DNA from: Gammaproteobacteria bacterium
GTDB lineage: Bacteria > Pseudomonadota > Gammaproteobacteria > SZUA-229
Assembly (NCBI GenBank): GCA_030595185.1
Contig: JAUVDT010000002.1
Span: 1 to 61,125, forward strand
DNA length: 61,125 nt
Direction of reading: 5' to 3'
A program made the position numbers and the translations under genes. Below the pieces are notes generated by a model. The model was not told the origin of the DNA, ran no database searches, and saw only the letters and a program-made list of their open reading frames with translations. Shown piece by piece: positions 38,428 to 48,367 of this stretch (positions are counted from its first letter, which is position 1; every line of letters begins with the position of its first letter).

Positions 38428-39467
38428 TGAGTATCGATAGCGGTTTAGATTTTGGCACTAAATTAAAGATAGCCAGAGAAGAAAAAGATATTTCATTGGC
38501 TCATGTTTCAGAAACATTAAAGCTTTCAATTGAAAAAATTGAGCATATTGAAGCATCGAATATTGCTCTTTTACCTCCGCCAGCATTTACGTGCGGCTAT
38601 TTGCGTTTGTTTTCTAAAATAGTTGGTTTAAACGAGAAAGAAATAATAGGTTTATACAATGAATCTGTTAATGATAAATCAGACAATCCTGTTCTTAGCT
38701 CAACTTCAGATTTACCTACACAAGCAACAAGTAATGATGTTGGTATGCGAATAATAAGTTATTCATTAGTGTTAATTGCTGTTGTTTTATTTATTATTTG
38801 GTTTCAAAAATTTGATGATAAACAACCTGATTCTGAAATTAAGGAATCAACTGTAACCAATGAAGTTGAAAGTATTATTGATGTTGATACTAATGTTGTT
38901 GATAGTGAAATAAATGAAGTTGTTTTGGTTGTGCGAAGTGAAGTTGAGTTAAATGATCAAACTGATGTTAAACAGGGTGATGATCTTGTTGCTTCTGTTG
39001 TTAAAGAAAAAATAGAGTTAACTGATTCTATTGTTGAAGAAGAAATAGAGTTGACTGGTTCTGATGAAGTCACAGATGTGGATAAGACAGGTAAAATTAT
39101 TGCTTTAGCTAAAGAAGCGAGTCCAATTGCGAATGTGGGTTCGGATGAAGTTGTTATAACAGCAAAAGACGATTGTTGGATTGAGGTTTCTGATGCTAAT
39201 AATCAATTGTTGTATTTCAGTTTACTTAAAAAAGGTGAAGTGGCTAAATTAAAGGGGCAAGAGCCCTTTAGTGTGTTTCTTGGCAAGGCAACAGTGATTT
39301 CTATTACTTTAAATGATATTCAATATGATATTTCACGCCATGTAAGAAGTAATCAAATAGCACGATTTACTATGTCGATGGATAGCATGTTAGAGAAACA
39401 AGTTAAACAGGATGTTTTAAATAACAGTAATAAAGAAAGTATTCCTTCAAAAGTGAATGATTTATAA
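38427..39467 (+). CDS. rodZ: Cytoskeleton protein RodZ
   Basis: N-terminal HTH (LKIAREEKDISLAHVSETLKLS), single TM, acidic repetitive linker, C-terminal DUF4115-like domain. ATG overlaps the pilW stop (TAATG). Confidence 0.85.
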   Translation: MSIDSGLDFGTKLKIAREEKDISLAHVSETLKLSIEKIEHIEASNIALLPPPAFTCGYLRLFSKIVGLNEKEIIGLYNESVNDKSDNPVLSSTSDLPTQATSNDVGMRIISYSLVLIAVVLFIIWFQKFDDKQPDSEIKESTVTNEVESIIDVDTNVVDSEINEVVLVVRSEVELNDQTDVKQGDDLVASVVKEKIELTDSIVEEEIELTGSDEVTDVDKTGKIIALAKEASPIANVGSDEVVITAKDDCWIEVSDANNQLLYFSLLKKGEVAKLKGQEPFSVFLGKATVISITLNDIQYDISRHVRSNQIARFTMSMDSMLEKQVKQDVLNNSNKESIPSKVNDL

Positions 39468-39511
39468 ATCACATAAGCTTACGAATTGTTTTGAGAAAAA
39501 TATAAATAATT

Positions 39512-40777
39512 ATGTCTAAAAATATACAATCTATCCGCGGTATGCATGATGTCCTGCCATCTGAGTCATTCAAATGGCAGTATTTAGAGTCAGCTTTATT
39601 TGCTCAAATGAAACGTTATAACTATCACGAAATTCGTATGCCCATCGTAGAGTCTACCGCTTTGTTTTCTCGTTCTATCGGTGAGGTTACTGATATCGTA
39701 GAGAAAGAAATGTACACTTTTGAAGACAGAAATGGCGATAGCCTTACTTTACGACCAGAAGGTACTGCTAGTTGTGTTAGAGCGGGTGTACAGTCAGGCA
39801 TATTGCATAATCAATTACAGCGATTATGGTATATGGGCCCTATGTTTCGGCATGAGCGTCCACAAAAGGGAAGGTATCGTCAGTTCCATCAAATAGGTGT
39901 TGAAACCTTTGGTATGGCTAATGCGGAAATAGATGCCGAGTTGATCTTAATGACAGCTGCATTATGGGAATCATTAGGCCTTACGGGTGTTCGTCTTGAG
40001 ATTAACTCTCTAGGAAGTAACGAAGCAAGAAATAATTATAAAGAAATACTCATAGCCTATTTTGAAAAGCACAAAGAGCAGTTGGATGAAGATAGCCAGA
40101 GACGTCTGTATTCAAATCCATTGAGAATACTAGATACGAAAAATCCGGATTTGAAAGAAGTAGTTGATAATGCTCCAAAACTTTCAGAGTATCTGGATGA
40201 TGAATCCAGAATTCATTTTGAAAAACTTAAAAATATACTCGATAGGGCGGGTATTGATTATGTCGTTAATGCAAACCTTGTTCGCGGCTTAGACTATTAC
40301 TGCAAAACGGTATTTGAGTGGATAACTGATAAGTTAGGTGCTCAAGGAACAATATGTGCAGGTGGTCGTTATGATGGTTTAGTTCAGCAATTGGGTGGTA
40401 AAGATACTCCTGCGGCAGGTTATGCCATTGGGTTAGAACGACTATTATCATTGCTTGATGAAGATGGATTAATACCTGACCCTGAAACTCCTGATATATA
40501 TTGTGTTATGTTGGGTGAAGCTGCAGAAATTGAAGGCATGGTGCTGGCAGATCAGCTTCGGAAAGAAAATGCTGATTTAATCATCATCTCAAACTGTATG
40601 GGTGGTAGTCTAAAAAGTCAGCTTAAAAAAGCCGACAAGTCAGGTGCGAAGGTGGCTGTGATTTTAGGTGAAGACGAAATCAGCAAAAGTGAAGTTATTA
40701 TTAAATATTTAAGACAGAAACAAGAGCAACAGTTAGTCTCTGTCAATGAACTAAATACATTCTTAAAAAATATATAA
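39512..40777 (+). CDS. hisS: Histidine--tRNA ligase
   Basis: Class II motifs (LRPEGTA, MFRHERPQKGRYRQFHQ, GGGRYDGL-like AGGRYDGL). Confidence 0.96.
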   Translation: MSKNIQSIRGMHDVLPSESFKWQYLESALFAQMKRYNYHEIRMPIVESTALFSRSIGEVTDIVEKEMYTFEDRNGDSLTLRPEGTASCVRAGVQSGILHNQLQRLWYMGPMFRHERPQKGRYRQFHQIGVETFGMANAEIDAELILMTAALWESLGLTGVRLEINSLGSNEARNNYKEILIAYFEKHKEQLDEDSQRRLYSNPLRILDTKNPDLKEVVDNAPKLSEYLDDESRIHFEKLKNILDRAGIDYVVNANLVRGLDYYCKTVFEWITDKLGAQGTICAGGRYDGLVQQLGGKDTPAAGYAIGLERLLSLLDEDGLIPDPETPDIYCVMLGEAAEIEGMVLADQLRKENADLIIISNCMGGSLKSQLKKADKSGAKVAVILGEDEISKSEVIIKYLRQKQEQQLVSVNELNTFLKNI

Positions 40778-40789
40778 ATAGGTCTTGTA

Positions 40790-41434
40790 ATGGAATTTGA
40801 AACAGAAGAACAACAAGTAGAAGCATTAAAAAAATGGTGGAAAGAAAATGGCAAACAAATCATTTTTGGAGCTGTTATTGGTTTTGGCTTAATTATAGGC
40901 TGGAGATACTATTTAGATTACTCAATGTCACAAAAAGCTGAAGCGAGTGCTTTATTTGAACAGGTAATCAATGTGGATGAGCAATCTAAGTTGTCTGTTG
41001 ATAAAGCAGCTGTTTTTGAAAAGATTAAGAAAAACTATTCATCAACTGCATACCTTTCTTCTGCAGGGCTTGTTTTAGCTAAAGAGCATTATGAAGCCGG
41101 GGAGAAACAAAAAGCGATCGATGTTTTGGATGAGATTATTACCAATAATAATCAGAACGTACTTGTATTAGTTGCAAAAGAAAGAAAAGCACGAATTTTG
41201 ATAGATCTTGGTAAAGCTGATGATGCTTTAAAAGTGCTATCAGTTGAAGTGATAAATGAGTTTCAGTCAATTTATGAAGAACTTCGTGGCGATGCTCATT
41301 ATTCTAAAGGTGATATCGATAGTGCCAGAACTGCATATGATAAAGCGCTTTTGTTAAACAATTCTAACAGTAATAATCTTTTGCAAATGAAAAGAGATAA
41401 TCTAGGTGAATCTACAATGAGTCCTGCTGCATGA
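40790..41434 (+). CDS. yfgM: YfgM-family ancillary SecYEG translocon subunit
   Basis: EEQQVEALKKWWKENGK N-terminus, single TM, TPR-like periplasmic domain. Conserved hisS-yfgM-bamB-der order. Confidence 0.8.
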   Translation: MEFETEEQQVEALKKWWKENGKQIIFGAVIGFGLIIGWRYYLDYSMSQKAEASALFEQVINVDEQSKLSVDKAAVFEKIKKNYSSTAYLSSAGLVLAKEHYEAGEKQKAIDVLDEIITNNNQNVLVLVAKERKARILIDLGKADDALKVLSVEVINEFQSIYEELRGDAHYSKGDIDSARTAYDKALLLNNSNSNNLLQMKRDNLGESTMSPAA

Positions 41435-42573
41435 AATTAATTATTTTGTTGTCGCTGGTATTAACTTTAATTAGTTGCGGTGGGTCTGTTGATAATGCTG
41501 AGCCACCGGCTGTATTGGTTGATTTTAAAGAATCATATAAATTAAAACTTCTCCATGAAATAACTTATGGCGGCTCGTTATCTCAGTATATTCGAATAGA
41601 TCCTTTGGAATTAAAAAAAGAAATTATTTTTTCTGATTCTAAAGGTCAAGTAACAGTATTTGATAAAAATAATTTTACGATTCGCTGGCAGAAAAAACTC
41701 AATGTTAACTTTACTTCAGCAATTGGCGGTAATAATAACCTGTACTTGATAGGTACTCGTAGTGGTGAAGTGATTGCTTTAAATCCGGTTAATGGTGACA
41801 TTGCCTGGAGAGTGAGAGTTAGTAGTGAAGTACTAACTCGACCAGTAATGTCTAATAATACGGTTATTGTAAAGACTGTTGATGGGCAATTAACTGCGTT
41901 GAATGCGCAGACTGGTAAGCAGAAATGGATTTACCAAAGAGAAGTGCCAGCTCTCAGTGTTAGAGGTGGTGGAGCACCTTATATCTTGCAAGATAAACTT
42001 ATTACAGGTTTAGATAATGGCAAGATTGTTGTTTTAAATGTAGAGACCGGTATCCTGTTTTGGGAAAAAACAATTACAATTCCTCGTGGCCGGTCAGAGG
42101 TAGAACGTCTGGTTGATTTAGATGCTGATTTAATTGTAAATGATAATGTTATTTATATTGCAGGTTTTCAAGGCAGAATAGTGGCGCTTGATTTAAAGTC
42201 AGGTGGCTTTCTATGGGCTAAAAAAATGTCAGTTACAAAGAATATGACGCTTGAAAATAATAGACTGTATATTACTGATGATAATAGCCATATTTGGGCA
42301 TTAGATGCTACAACGGGTGCAACAGTTTGGAAGCAGACCGATTTTTCATCACGTAAACTTACATCTCCTGTCATCATGGGGGATGATATTCTAATTGCTG
42401 ATTTCCAGGGGTATCTTCATATAATTGCTAAGTCTGATGGTCATCAATTGGCTCGTGCACAAATAGATAAAGCTGGTATTGATGTTAACCCTATCGTAAT
42501 AGGTGATAAGATTTATCTACAGTCAAAACGATCTATGATTCATGTTGTTAAATTGAGTTCGTTAGTATTGTAA
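41431..42573 (+). CDS. bamB: Outer membrane protein assembly factor BamB
   Basis: Lipobox LISCG. Repeated PQQ-like beta-propeller blades (ALN..TG...W motifs). Confidence 0.9.
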   Translation: MKLIILLSLVLTLISCGGSVDNAEPPAVLVDFKESYKLKLLHEITYGGSLSQYIRIDPLELKKEIIFSDSKGQVTVFDKNNFTIRWQKKLNVNFTSAIGGNNNLYLIGTRSGEVIALNPVNGDIAWRVRVSSEVLTRPVMSNNTVIVKTVDGQLTALNAQTGKQKWIYQREVPALSVRGGGAPYILQDKLITGLDNGKIVVLNVETGILFWEKTITIPRGRSEVERLVDLDADLIVNDNVIYIAGFQGRIVALDLKSGGFLWAKKMSVTKNMTLENNRLYITDDNSHIWALDATTGATVWKQTDFSSRKLTSPVIMGDDILIADFQGYLHIIAKSDGHQLARAQIDKAGIDVNPIVIGDKIYLQSKRSMIHVVKLSSLVL

Positions 42574-43850
42574 TGAATGTTCTGCGGGATTATTTGCTGG
42601 AGATTATTTTAGCGATAGTCTTTGTTTTCTTATTACTAGTGTCTGTGTTGCCTTATTTTTCGGGGTATAAGATACAAGCCGATTATTCTGATCTTATTAA
42701 AACAATATCAAATGGTACAGACTTTACATTTGAAGTGGTTTCTTATGAGAGGCATTGGTTTAGATCAGATGCTAAATTAGTTGTAAAGAATGTTGATAAA
42801 AATATATTGTTCGAGTTTAAGCATCAAATAATTCATGGGCCTTTGTATCTGGGTTTAATGCTTGAAGGTAGGTTGCCATTTGTAAATATGGTTATTCAGG
42901 GTGATGTGCTACCGAAAAATGTAACTGATGATTATATTGTTACAGCGCTATCATCCAGATTTATTGTGCAAATGAAAGCATATGTTAGTTTTAATGGAGA
43001 TGTGTATGCAAACCTGTCCATTCCAACAAAGAAAGTTAATAAGGCTTCTGTAGTAACTCAAGCGAAAAAAATCGATTTTGAACTTCATTACACTGAACGA
43101 GAAAATCGTTATAAAGGTGAAATTCATATTCCTGAATTACTGACTTATGAGCATTCATTTTTTGAATTAGAAAATCTCATACTAAGTTTTGATGAGGTAT
43201 ATAAAAATGATGCTGTTATTGGTGATTTGGTAGTAAGCTTCGATTTAATGAAGCTCAAAGTGAAAAGTAGAATTATCGATTTTAGGAAAGTATCGGCTCG
43301 ATTTGAACATACAATCGATAAAGGGTTGTTAGATCTTGATGTTAACTTGAATGCATCTAAAATAAATTTATTTAATGAGCAGGTTAATAGTTTATCTCTT
43401 AGTTTAGGTTTAAATGATTTCGATCCCTTTCAAATTAATGAACTTGGGATGAGTTTAGATAAATATACTTTTAGTTCGTTTAGTGTGAAGCCTCTTAACT
43501 TTTACTCTGAACATGGTACGTATGCTATGACTGCTCAGTTAAACAGAAAAGAATCTGCTTCTGTGGATCCGTTGAATTACTTTTCAGATAAACAATCTGA
43601 AATTGAAGTTAGCATAAATTTAAAGTTGTTTAGACGTATATATGAAATTATTTCATCTAATATAGGTGTATCAACAAAAAATGTCGATGTGTTTCTAAGA
43701 AGCATGTTGAAGTTAAAATATTTAGACCTGCATTTAGATAAGATGAAAGTAAAAATATCAGGTAAAAATAATATTTTTACCATAAATGATAAAAAAACTG
43801 ATCTTGATCATTTGACTGATAATTTCATGTCTAATATCTTGCTTAATTAA
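42573..43850 (+). CDS. YdgA-like DUF945 family membrane-anchored protein
   Basis: N-terminal TM anchor. EVVSYERHWFRSDAKLVVKN...HQIIHGPL resembles E. coli YdgA EVSYQNYHRGVFSSQLQLLVK...VDHGPF. ATG overlaps the bamB stop (TAATG). Confidence 0.65.
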   Translation: MNVLRDYLLEIILAIVFVFLLLVSVLPYFSGYKIQADYSDLIKTISNGTDFTFEVVSYERHWFRSDAKLVVKNVDKNILFEFKHQIIHGPLYLGLMLEGRLPFVNMVIQGDVLPKNVTDDYIVTALSSRFIVQMKAYVSFNGDVYANLSIPTKKVNKASVVTQAKKIDFELHYTERENRYKGEIHIPELLTYEHSFFELENLILSFDEVYKNDAVIGDLVVSFDLMKLKVKSRIIDFRKVSARFEHTIDKGLLDLDVNLNASKINLFNEQVNSLSLSLGLNDFDPFQINELGMSLDKYTFSSFSVKPLNFYSEHGTYAMTAQLNRKESASVDPLNYFSDKQSEIEVSINLKLFRRIYEIISSNIGVSTKNVDVFLRSMLKLKYLDLHLDKMKVKISGKNNIFTINDKKTDLDHLTDNFMSNILLN

Positions 43851-43860
43851 TGAGAAAATT

Positions 43861-45300
43861 ATGAATCCTGTTATAGCGCTAGTTGGGCGGCCGAATGTAG
43901 GTAAATCTACATTATTTAATTGTCTTACAAAAACAAGAGATGCTCTTGTGGCGGATTATCCTGGTCTAACACGTGATCGAAAATATGGTCATGCTGAGCA
44001 TGAGGATGTTGAGTACACTGTTATAGATACAGGTGGTTTAAGCGGCGAAACTGAAGGTGTCGATGTAAAAATGGCCGCACAAACTTTGCTGGCTATTGAA
44101 GAGTCAACGCTTATTTTATTTTTAGTTGATGCAAAAGATGGTTTAACTACTGCTGATGAAAATATTGCTGAACAACTACGCCGATATGGTAAAAAAATAT
44201 TCCTAGTTGTAAATAAGATTGATGGTTTTGATATTGATCAGGCAAAAGCGGATTTCTATTCATTAGGGATTAAAGATTTGTACGGGACTTCATCTGCGAA
44301 CAATCGTGGCGTTCCATCTATGATGGAGTCCATATTTAGTCAGTTTGAGTTCGAGGCTAGCGAAGCTCTTGAAGAAGCGGACGGTATACGAGTTGCAATG
44401 GTTGGGCGGCCTAATGTGGGGAAATCTACACTTATAAATCGTATTTTAGGTGAAGACCGTGTTGTAGCATTTGATGAGCCAGGAACCACGCGCGATACAA
44501 TATTAGTACCTTTTGAACGTGATGATAAAAAGTATGTGTTGATTGATACAGCCGGTGTTCGTCGACGCAAAAACATAAAAGAGACAGTTGAAAAGTTTAG
44601 TGTTATTAAGTCATTACAGGCTGTTGATTATGCCAATGTTGTTATTCTAATTATTGATGCGCATGTAGGTGTATCTGATCAAGATTTAAGTTTATTAAGT
44701 TATATTATTGATGCAGGCAGAGCCTTGGTAATAGCGGTTAATAAATGGGATGGTATGGATGATTACGATAAAGACAGAATTAAAATAGACTTAGAACGAA
44801 AGTTAGGTTTTGTTAAGTTTGCAGATATATATTTCATATCTGCTCTGCATGGAAGCAATGTGGGTCTGCTTTATAAAGCAATAAATGATGCATATGATTC
44901 TGCATTCATGAATTTAACGACTCCAGAATTGACTAGATTGTTAGAGAAAGCTGCGGAAGCTAATCAACCTCCTATTGTAAAAGCTCGTCGCTTAAAAATG
45001 AGGTATGCGCATCAGGGAGGTCGTAATCCTCCAATAATTATTATTCATGGCCCTGACCCTGAATTGGTGCCTGCACCCTATAAACGTTATCTAATGAATT
45101 TTTTTAGGCAAGTGCTGAAAATAAAAGGTACCCCAATTCGAATAGAATTTAAAGCGGGAGATAACCCATATGCAGGTCGTCGTAATGTACTGTCTAGGCG
45201 ACAACAAGTTAAGAAAAACAGAATGATTTCTCATATTAAGAAAAGTGATAAGAAACGTAAGAAGAAAAATAAATCAGGTGGTTTCACTGGTAGTTGGTAG
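43861..45300 (+). CDS. der: Ribosome biogenesis GTPase Der (EngA)
   Basis: Two G-domains, each with GRPNVGKST, DTGG/DTAG and NKxD, plus a KH-like C-terminus. Confidence 0.96.
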   Translation: MNPVIALVGRPNVGKSTLFNCLTKTRDALVADYPGLTRDRKYGHAEHEDVEYTVIDTGGLSGETEGVDVKMAAQTLLAIEESTLILFLVDAKDGLTTADENIAEQLRRYGKKIFLVVNKIDGFDIDQAKADFYSLGIKDLYGTSSANNRGVPSMMESIFSQFEFEASEALEEADGIRVAMVGRPNVGKSTLINRILGEDRVVAFDEPGTTRDTILVPFERDDKKYVLIDTAGVRRRKNIKETVEKFSVIKSLQAVDYANVVILIIDAHVGVSDQDLSLLSYIIDAGRALVIAVNKWDGMDDYDKDRIKIDLERKLGFVKFADIYFISALHGSNVGLLYKAINDAYDSAFMNLTTPELTRLLEKAAEANQPPIVKARRLKMRYAHQGGRNPPIIIIHGPDPELVPAPYKRYLMNFFRQVLKIKGTPIRIEFKAGDNPYAGRRNVLSRRQQVKKNRMISHIKKSDKKRKKKNKSGGFTGSW

Positions 45301-45302
45301 TA

Positions 45303-46739
45303 CTACGAATTAGGAATGGATTCCTGTAGTTCTGTGGCGTGCTCTGGATTTATTACATAAAAAGTTTGGTGGTGTTCACGGGCGCCTTTAATGGCTTTTT
45401 CTGCATCATTAATAATATCATCAGTGCTTTTGTAGCTTGAACTTAATGCTATGCCAATGCTGGGGATAACATTTAAAATATTTTTACCTATCGAAATAGG
45501 TTTTTGTATTTCAGCTATTATTCTTTCTGCTGCGAATGATGTTTCATTGATATAAACATCTTCTAGTAAAATAACAAATGTAGTGTCTGAAAAACGAGCA
45601 ATTGTATCTCTAGGTCGCAACTGTGTTTTTAGACGTTTACCAATTAGCTTCATGAAGTTATTAGACTGTTTTTTATCTAGCTTTGTTTCTATTTCGTGTA
45701 AGTTAGCGATATCAAAAAAGAGTAATGCAAAGTAATAAAATTCTGATTTAAGTGTACGGTTTACGCAGCTATTTAAGTCTTCAATGAATGTTTGTTTATT
45801 CATTAAACCAGTAACAGGGTCGTGCATGTCGAGTAATTCAGTATCTATCGATGTATGCGTGTTACTAAGGATGTTTCTCATCCACTCGGCTAATGTTTTT
45901 ATGAAATCAAAGTCGCTTTCTCGAAAAGGTTGGTCTTTAGCTAGCGAACTTGAAAAGCTTAATGTTCCGTATAATTCGCCTTCTTTGTAAATATTTATTC
46001 CGATATAGCTAAGTAGACCTGTATTGAGATAGCAGGGGTGCTTTTTCCATTTTGGTTTTCTAACGATGTCAATTGCAATTGGTTCGTTGTGTTCAATTGT
46101 AATGCTGCAAAATGTTTTCTTTAGGTCAAATTTTTGACCTTCTTTTATTTTTTTTGAGCTTGAATAACCTTGCTCAACAATAAATGTGTTTTTATCTATG
46201 TGGCTGAAGATTGCAATTTCTTGATCAAATAGTTCACAACCTGTTTTCAATATAAGTTGTATTTGCTCGTTCAAACTTTTAGTGTTTTGAGTGATTACTT
46301 TGTAGAGTGCTTCCATTAAATGGAGTTTATTCACTAAAGAAGTTGTCCAGCCTAAGGGCTCAATTTGGCCTTTATAGCGAGCAAGGGCAAAACGAATAGA
46401 GCGTCTTATTTTGTTTTCTTTGAGGTCGTTTTCAAGCAAGTAATCATTAGCACCGGACTTGAGTATTTCTTCAATCGACGCCTCATCATTAATCCATCCC
46501 ATTACGATGATGGGAATGTCTGACTTAATGAGACGTAATTGTTTTATTGCATCCAGACCGATTGTGAGCTGAAGCAAAACGATGTCAGAAGGTTTTGTTT
46601 TTAAAAACTTAAGTGCAGATTCAATATTTAACTTATGGTTAATTTTAAATTCATGACAGGCAGAGACGAGTTGCTGAATATGCTCAATACTCTCAGCATT
46701 ATCATCAATTATTAGTATATTAATTGGCTCGTTAGTCAT
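45303..46739 (-). CDS. Pseudo-receiver - GAF - degenerate GGDEF protein (I-site retained)
   Basis: REC-like N-terminus has DD, but the phosphoacceptor is replaced (VLLQLT), as are the T/S (IVMG) and K (DYLLEN) positions. Central GAF-like region. In the GGDEF domain, SDTTF stands where GG(D/E)EF is expected, preceded by an intact RxxD (RPRD) 5 residues upstream. Confidence 0.8.
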   Translation of the reverse strand: MTNEPINILIIDDNAESIEHIQQLVSACHEFKINHKLNIESALKFLKTKPSDIVLLQLTIGLDAIKQLRLIKSDIPIIVMGWINDEASIEEILKSGANDYLLENDLKENKIRRSIRFALARYKGQIEPLGWTTSLVNKLHLMEALYKVITQNTKSLNEQIQLILKTGCELFDQEIAIFSHIDKNTFIVEQGYSSSKKIKEGQKFDLKKTFCSITIEHNEPIAIDIVRKPKWKKHPCYLNTGLLSYIGINIYKEGELYGTLSFSSSLAKDQPFRESDFDFIKTLAEWMRNILSNTHTSIDTELLDMHDPVTGLMNKQTFIEDLNSCVNRTLKSEFYYFALLFFDIANLHEIETKLDKKQSNNFMKLIGKRLKTQLRPRDTIARFSDTTFVILLEDVYINETSFAAERIIAEIQKPISIGKNILNVIPSIGIALSSSYKSTDDIINDAEKAIKGAREHHQTFYVINPEHATELQESIPNS

Positions 46740-46753
46740 AAGTGATCCATTTA

Positions 46754-48286
46754 CTAGAAAGTTACATTTTGTATATAAACTTTCTCTTCATCTTCCAGTG
46801 GTTCCATACTGCTGAGCTGTTTTTTAAGTATATCAATATTTGCTTCAGATGCGTTATCAGTATTCGAACTGCGCTCTATAATACGTTTTGTGAATTCAGC
46901 TTCATTAACATCAAATTCAATAATGATGTATTTGACTGAAAGTTCAGTAGCAAGTTCTTGAAAAGGTAATCTATTTTCTCTTTCAAGAAATGTTGCATCC
47001 GCGATACAGCTAAAACCTGAAGATACTATTAGTTTAGCAAAGATTTCAAGTTGCTGGTAAGTTTTCGAATTAGCCTCAGTAGTATAAATACCTGAATCTA
47101 TAGGGGATTTACTGTTTTCAGTTGTTTTTAGCTGATAAAGCCTTTTTCGTTCAATATCTGAACGAATACGAATTGAACCCTTTTCTTCTAAAAGCTGCTG
47201 ACTAACGGTTGTTTTACCTGAACCTGATACTCCATGAGTGATACTCAGAGAGATACCATCCTCGACTTGAGTAAAATTCTCAGCCAGGTTGCTGTAGCTT
47301 GTGTATTGCTGCATTGTCTTTTCTTGATCTGCCACAGATAGATCAGGTGTTAAAAGCGTGAAGCTGGCGATTTTTGCACGTACCATGGCTCTGTAAACTA
47401 AATAAAAGCGTAAAACCTGAATACCTTCATAATCACCCGTCTGTTCAAGGTAGCGGTTCAAAAAGCGGTATGCATATGCCTTTTGTCCACGATCAAATAA
47501 ATCCATAAATAAGAAGGCTACTTCGCTCATTACATCAATCCAACGAAATTCATCATTGAATTCAATACCGTCAAAGATGGTTATTTGTTTGTTTATCAGT
47601 GCCATATTGCCAAGGTGCATATCACCGTGGCATTCTCGTACATAGCCAGATTCTTTCCGTTGTTTAAGTATTGAGGATATTTTATTAAATTCTTTTTTGC
47701 TCCAATCTCTTAGGCGAGATAATTGAGCAATTGATTTTTCATCTTTAATCAGTGGATCAAGTTGGTCAAAGTTTTGAATGACGGGAGCATTGACACTGCT
47801 GGCCGTGCCAAGCTCGGATTCGTTACCTGAAATGCGTATGGATTGATGAAAATCTGCGACTTGATCAGCAATATTATCGATATGTTGAGCGGTGAGTAGA
47901 TTGTTGCTTAATAGCGTATCCGCCAATTGAGATTGCTCAAATTGACGCATTTTAACGGCATATTCGATAGCCTCACCATCACCATTTAAGCTTGGATTGG
48001 ATAGCGTGCCAGTAATACGGACGGTTTCGATATATACATCGCTGGCGAGGCGTTTATTGAGGCGAATCTCTTCTTCGCAGAAATGTTGACGTTGGCTGAG
48101 TTCGGTGAAATTTAAGAAACCAAAGTCCATGGGCTTTTTTACTTTGTATGCATATTCACCGGTTAAGAATACCCATGATATATGGGTCTGCAGCATCACA
48201 ATTTCATTGACCTTATGGTCATAGAATTCAGCTGTTTGCATGGCTTTAATAATGTCGTCTCTGGATTCTAGTGTTGTAACAGGCAT
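46754..48286 (-). CDS. Bifunctional APH-like (protein-kinase fold) / P-loop kinase family protein
   Basis: N-terminal kinase-like fold (AYKVKKP, HGDMHLGN, IFDGIEF). C-terminal Walker A (GVSGSGKTT) AAA_33/zeta-like domain. Lies 14 nt upstream of the degenerate GGDEF gene on the same strand. Confidence 0.8.
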   Translation of the reverse strand: MPVTTLESRDDIIKAMQTAEFYDHKVNEIVMLQTHISWVFLTGEYAYKVKKPMDFGFLNFTELSQRQHFCEEEIRLNKRLASDVYIETVRITGTLSNPSLNGDGEAIEYAVKMRQFEQSQLADTLLSNNLLTAQHIDNIADQVADFHQSIRISGNESELGTASSVNAPVIQNFDQLDPLIKDEKSIAQLSRLRDWSKKEFNKISSILKQRKESGYVRECHGDMHLGNMALINKQITIFDGIEFNDEFRWIDVMSEVAFLFMDLFDRGQKAYAYRFLNRYLEQTGDYEGIQVLRFYLVYRAMVRAKIASFTLLTPDLSVADQEKTMQQYTSYSNLAENFTQVEDGISLSITHGVSGSGKTTVSQQLLEEKGSIRIRSDIERKRLYQLKTTENSKSPIDSGIYTTEANSKTYQQLEIFAKLIVSSGFSCIADATFLERENRLPFQELATELSVKYIIIEFDVNEAEFTKRIIERSSNTDNASEANIDILKKQLSSMEPLEDEEKVYIQNVTF

Positions 48287-48367
48287 AGCGTAATTGCTCC
48301 GGTCAAAGTATCATTGGCAGTATAATTTGAATGTAATTTTAATGTATTTTAAGTATTAGCTAAATAG

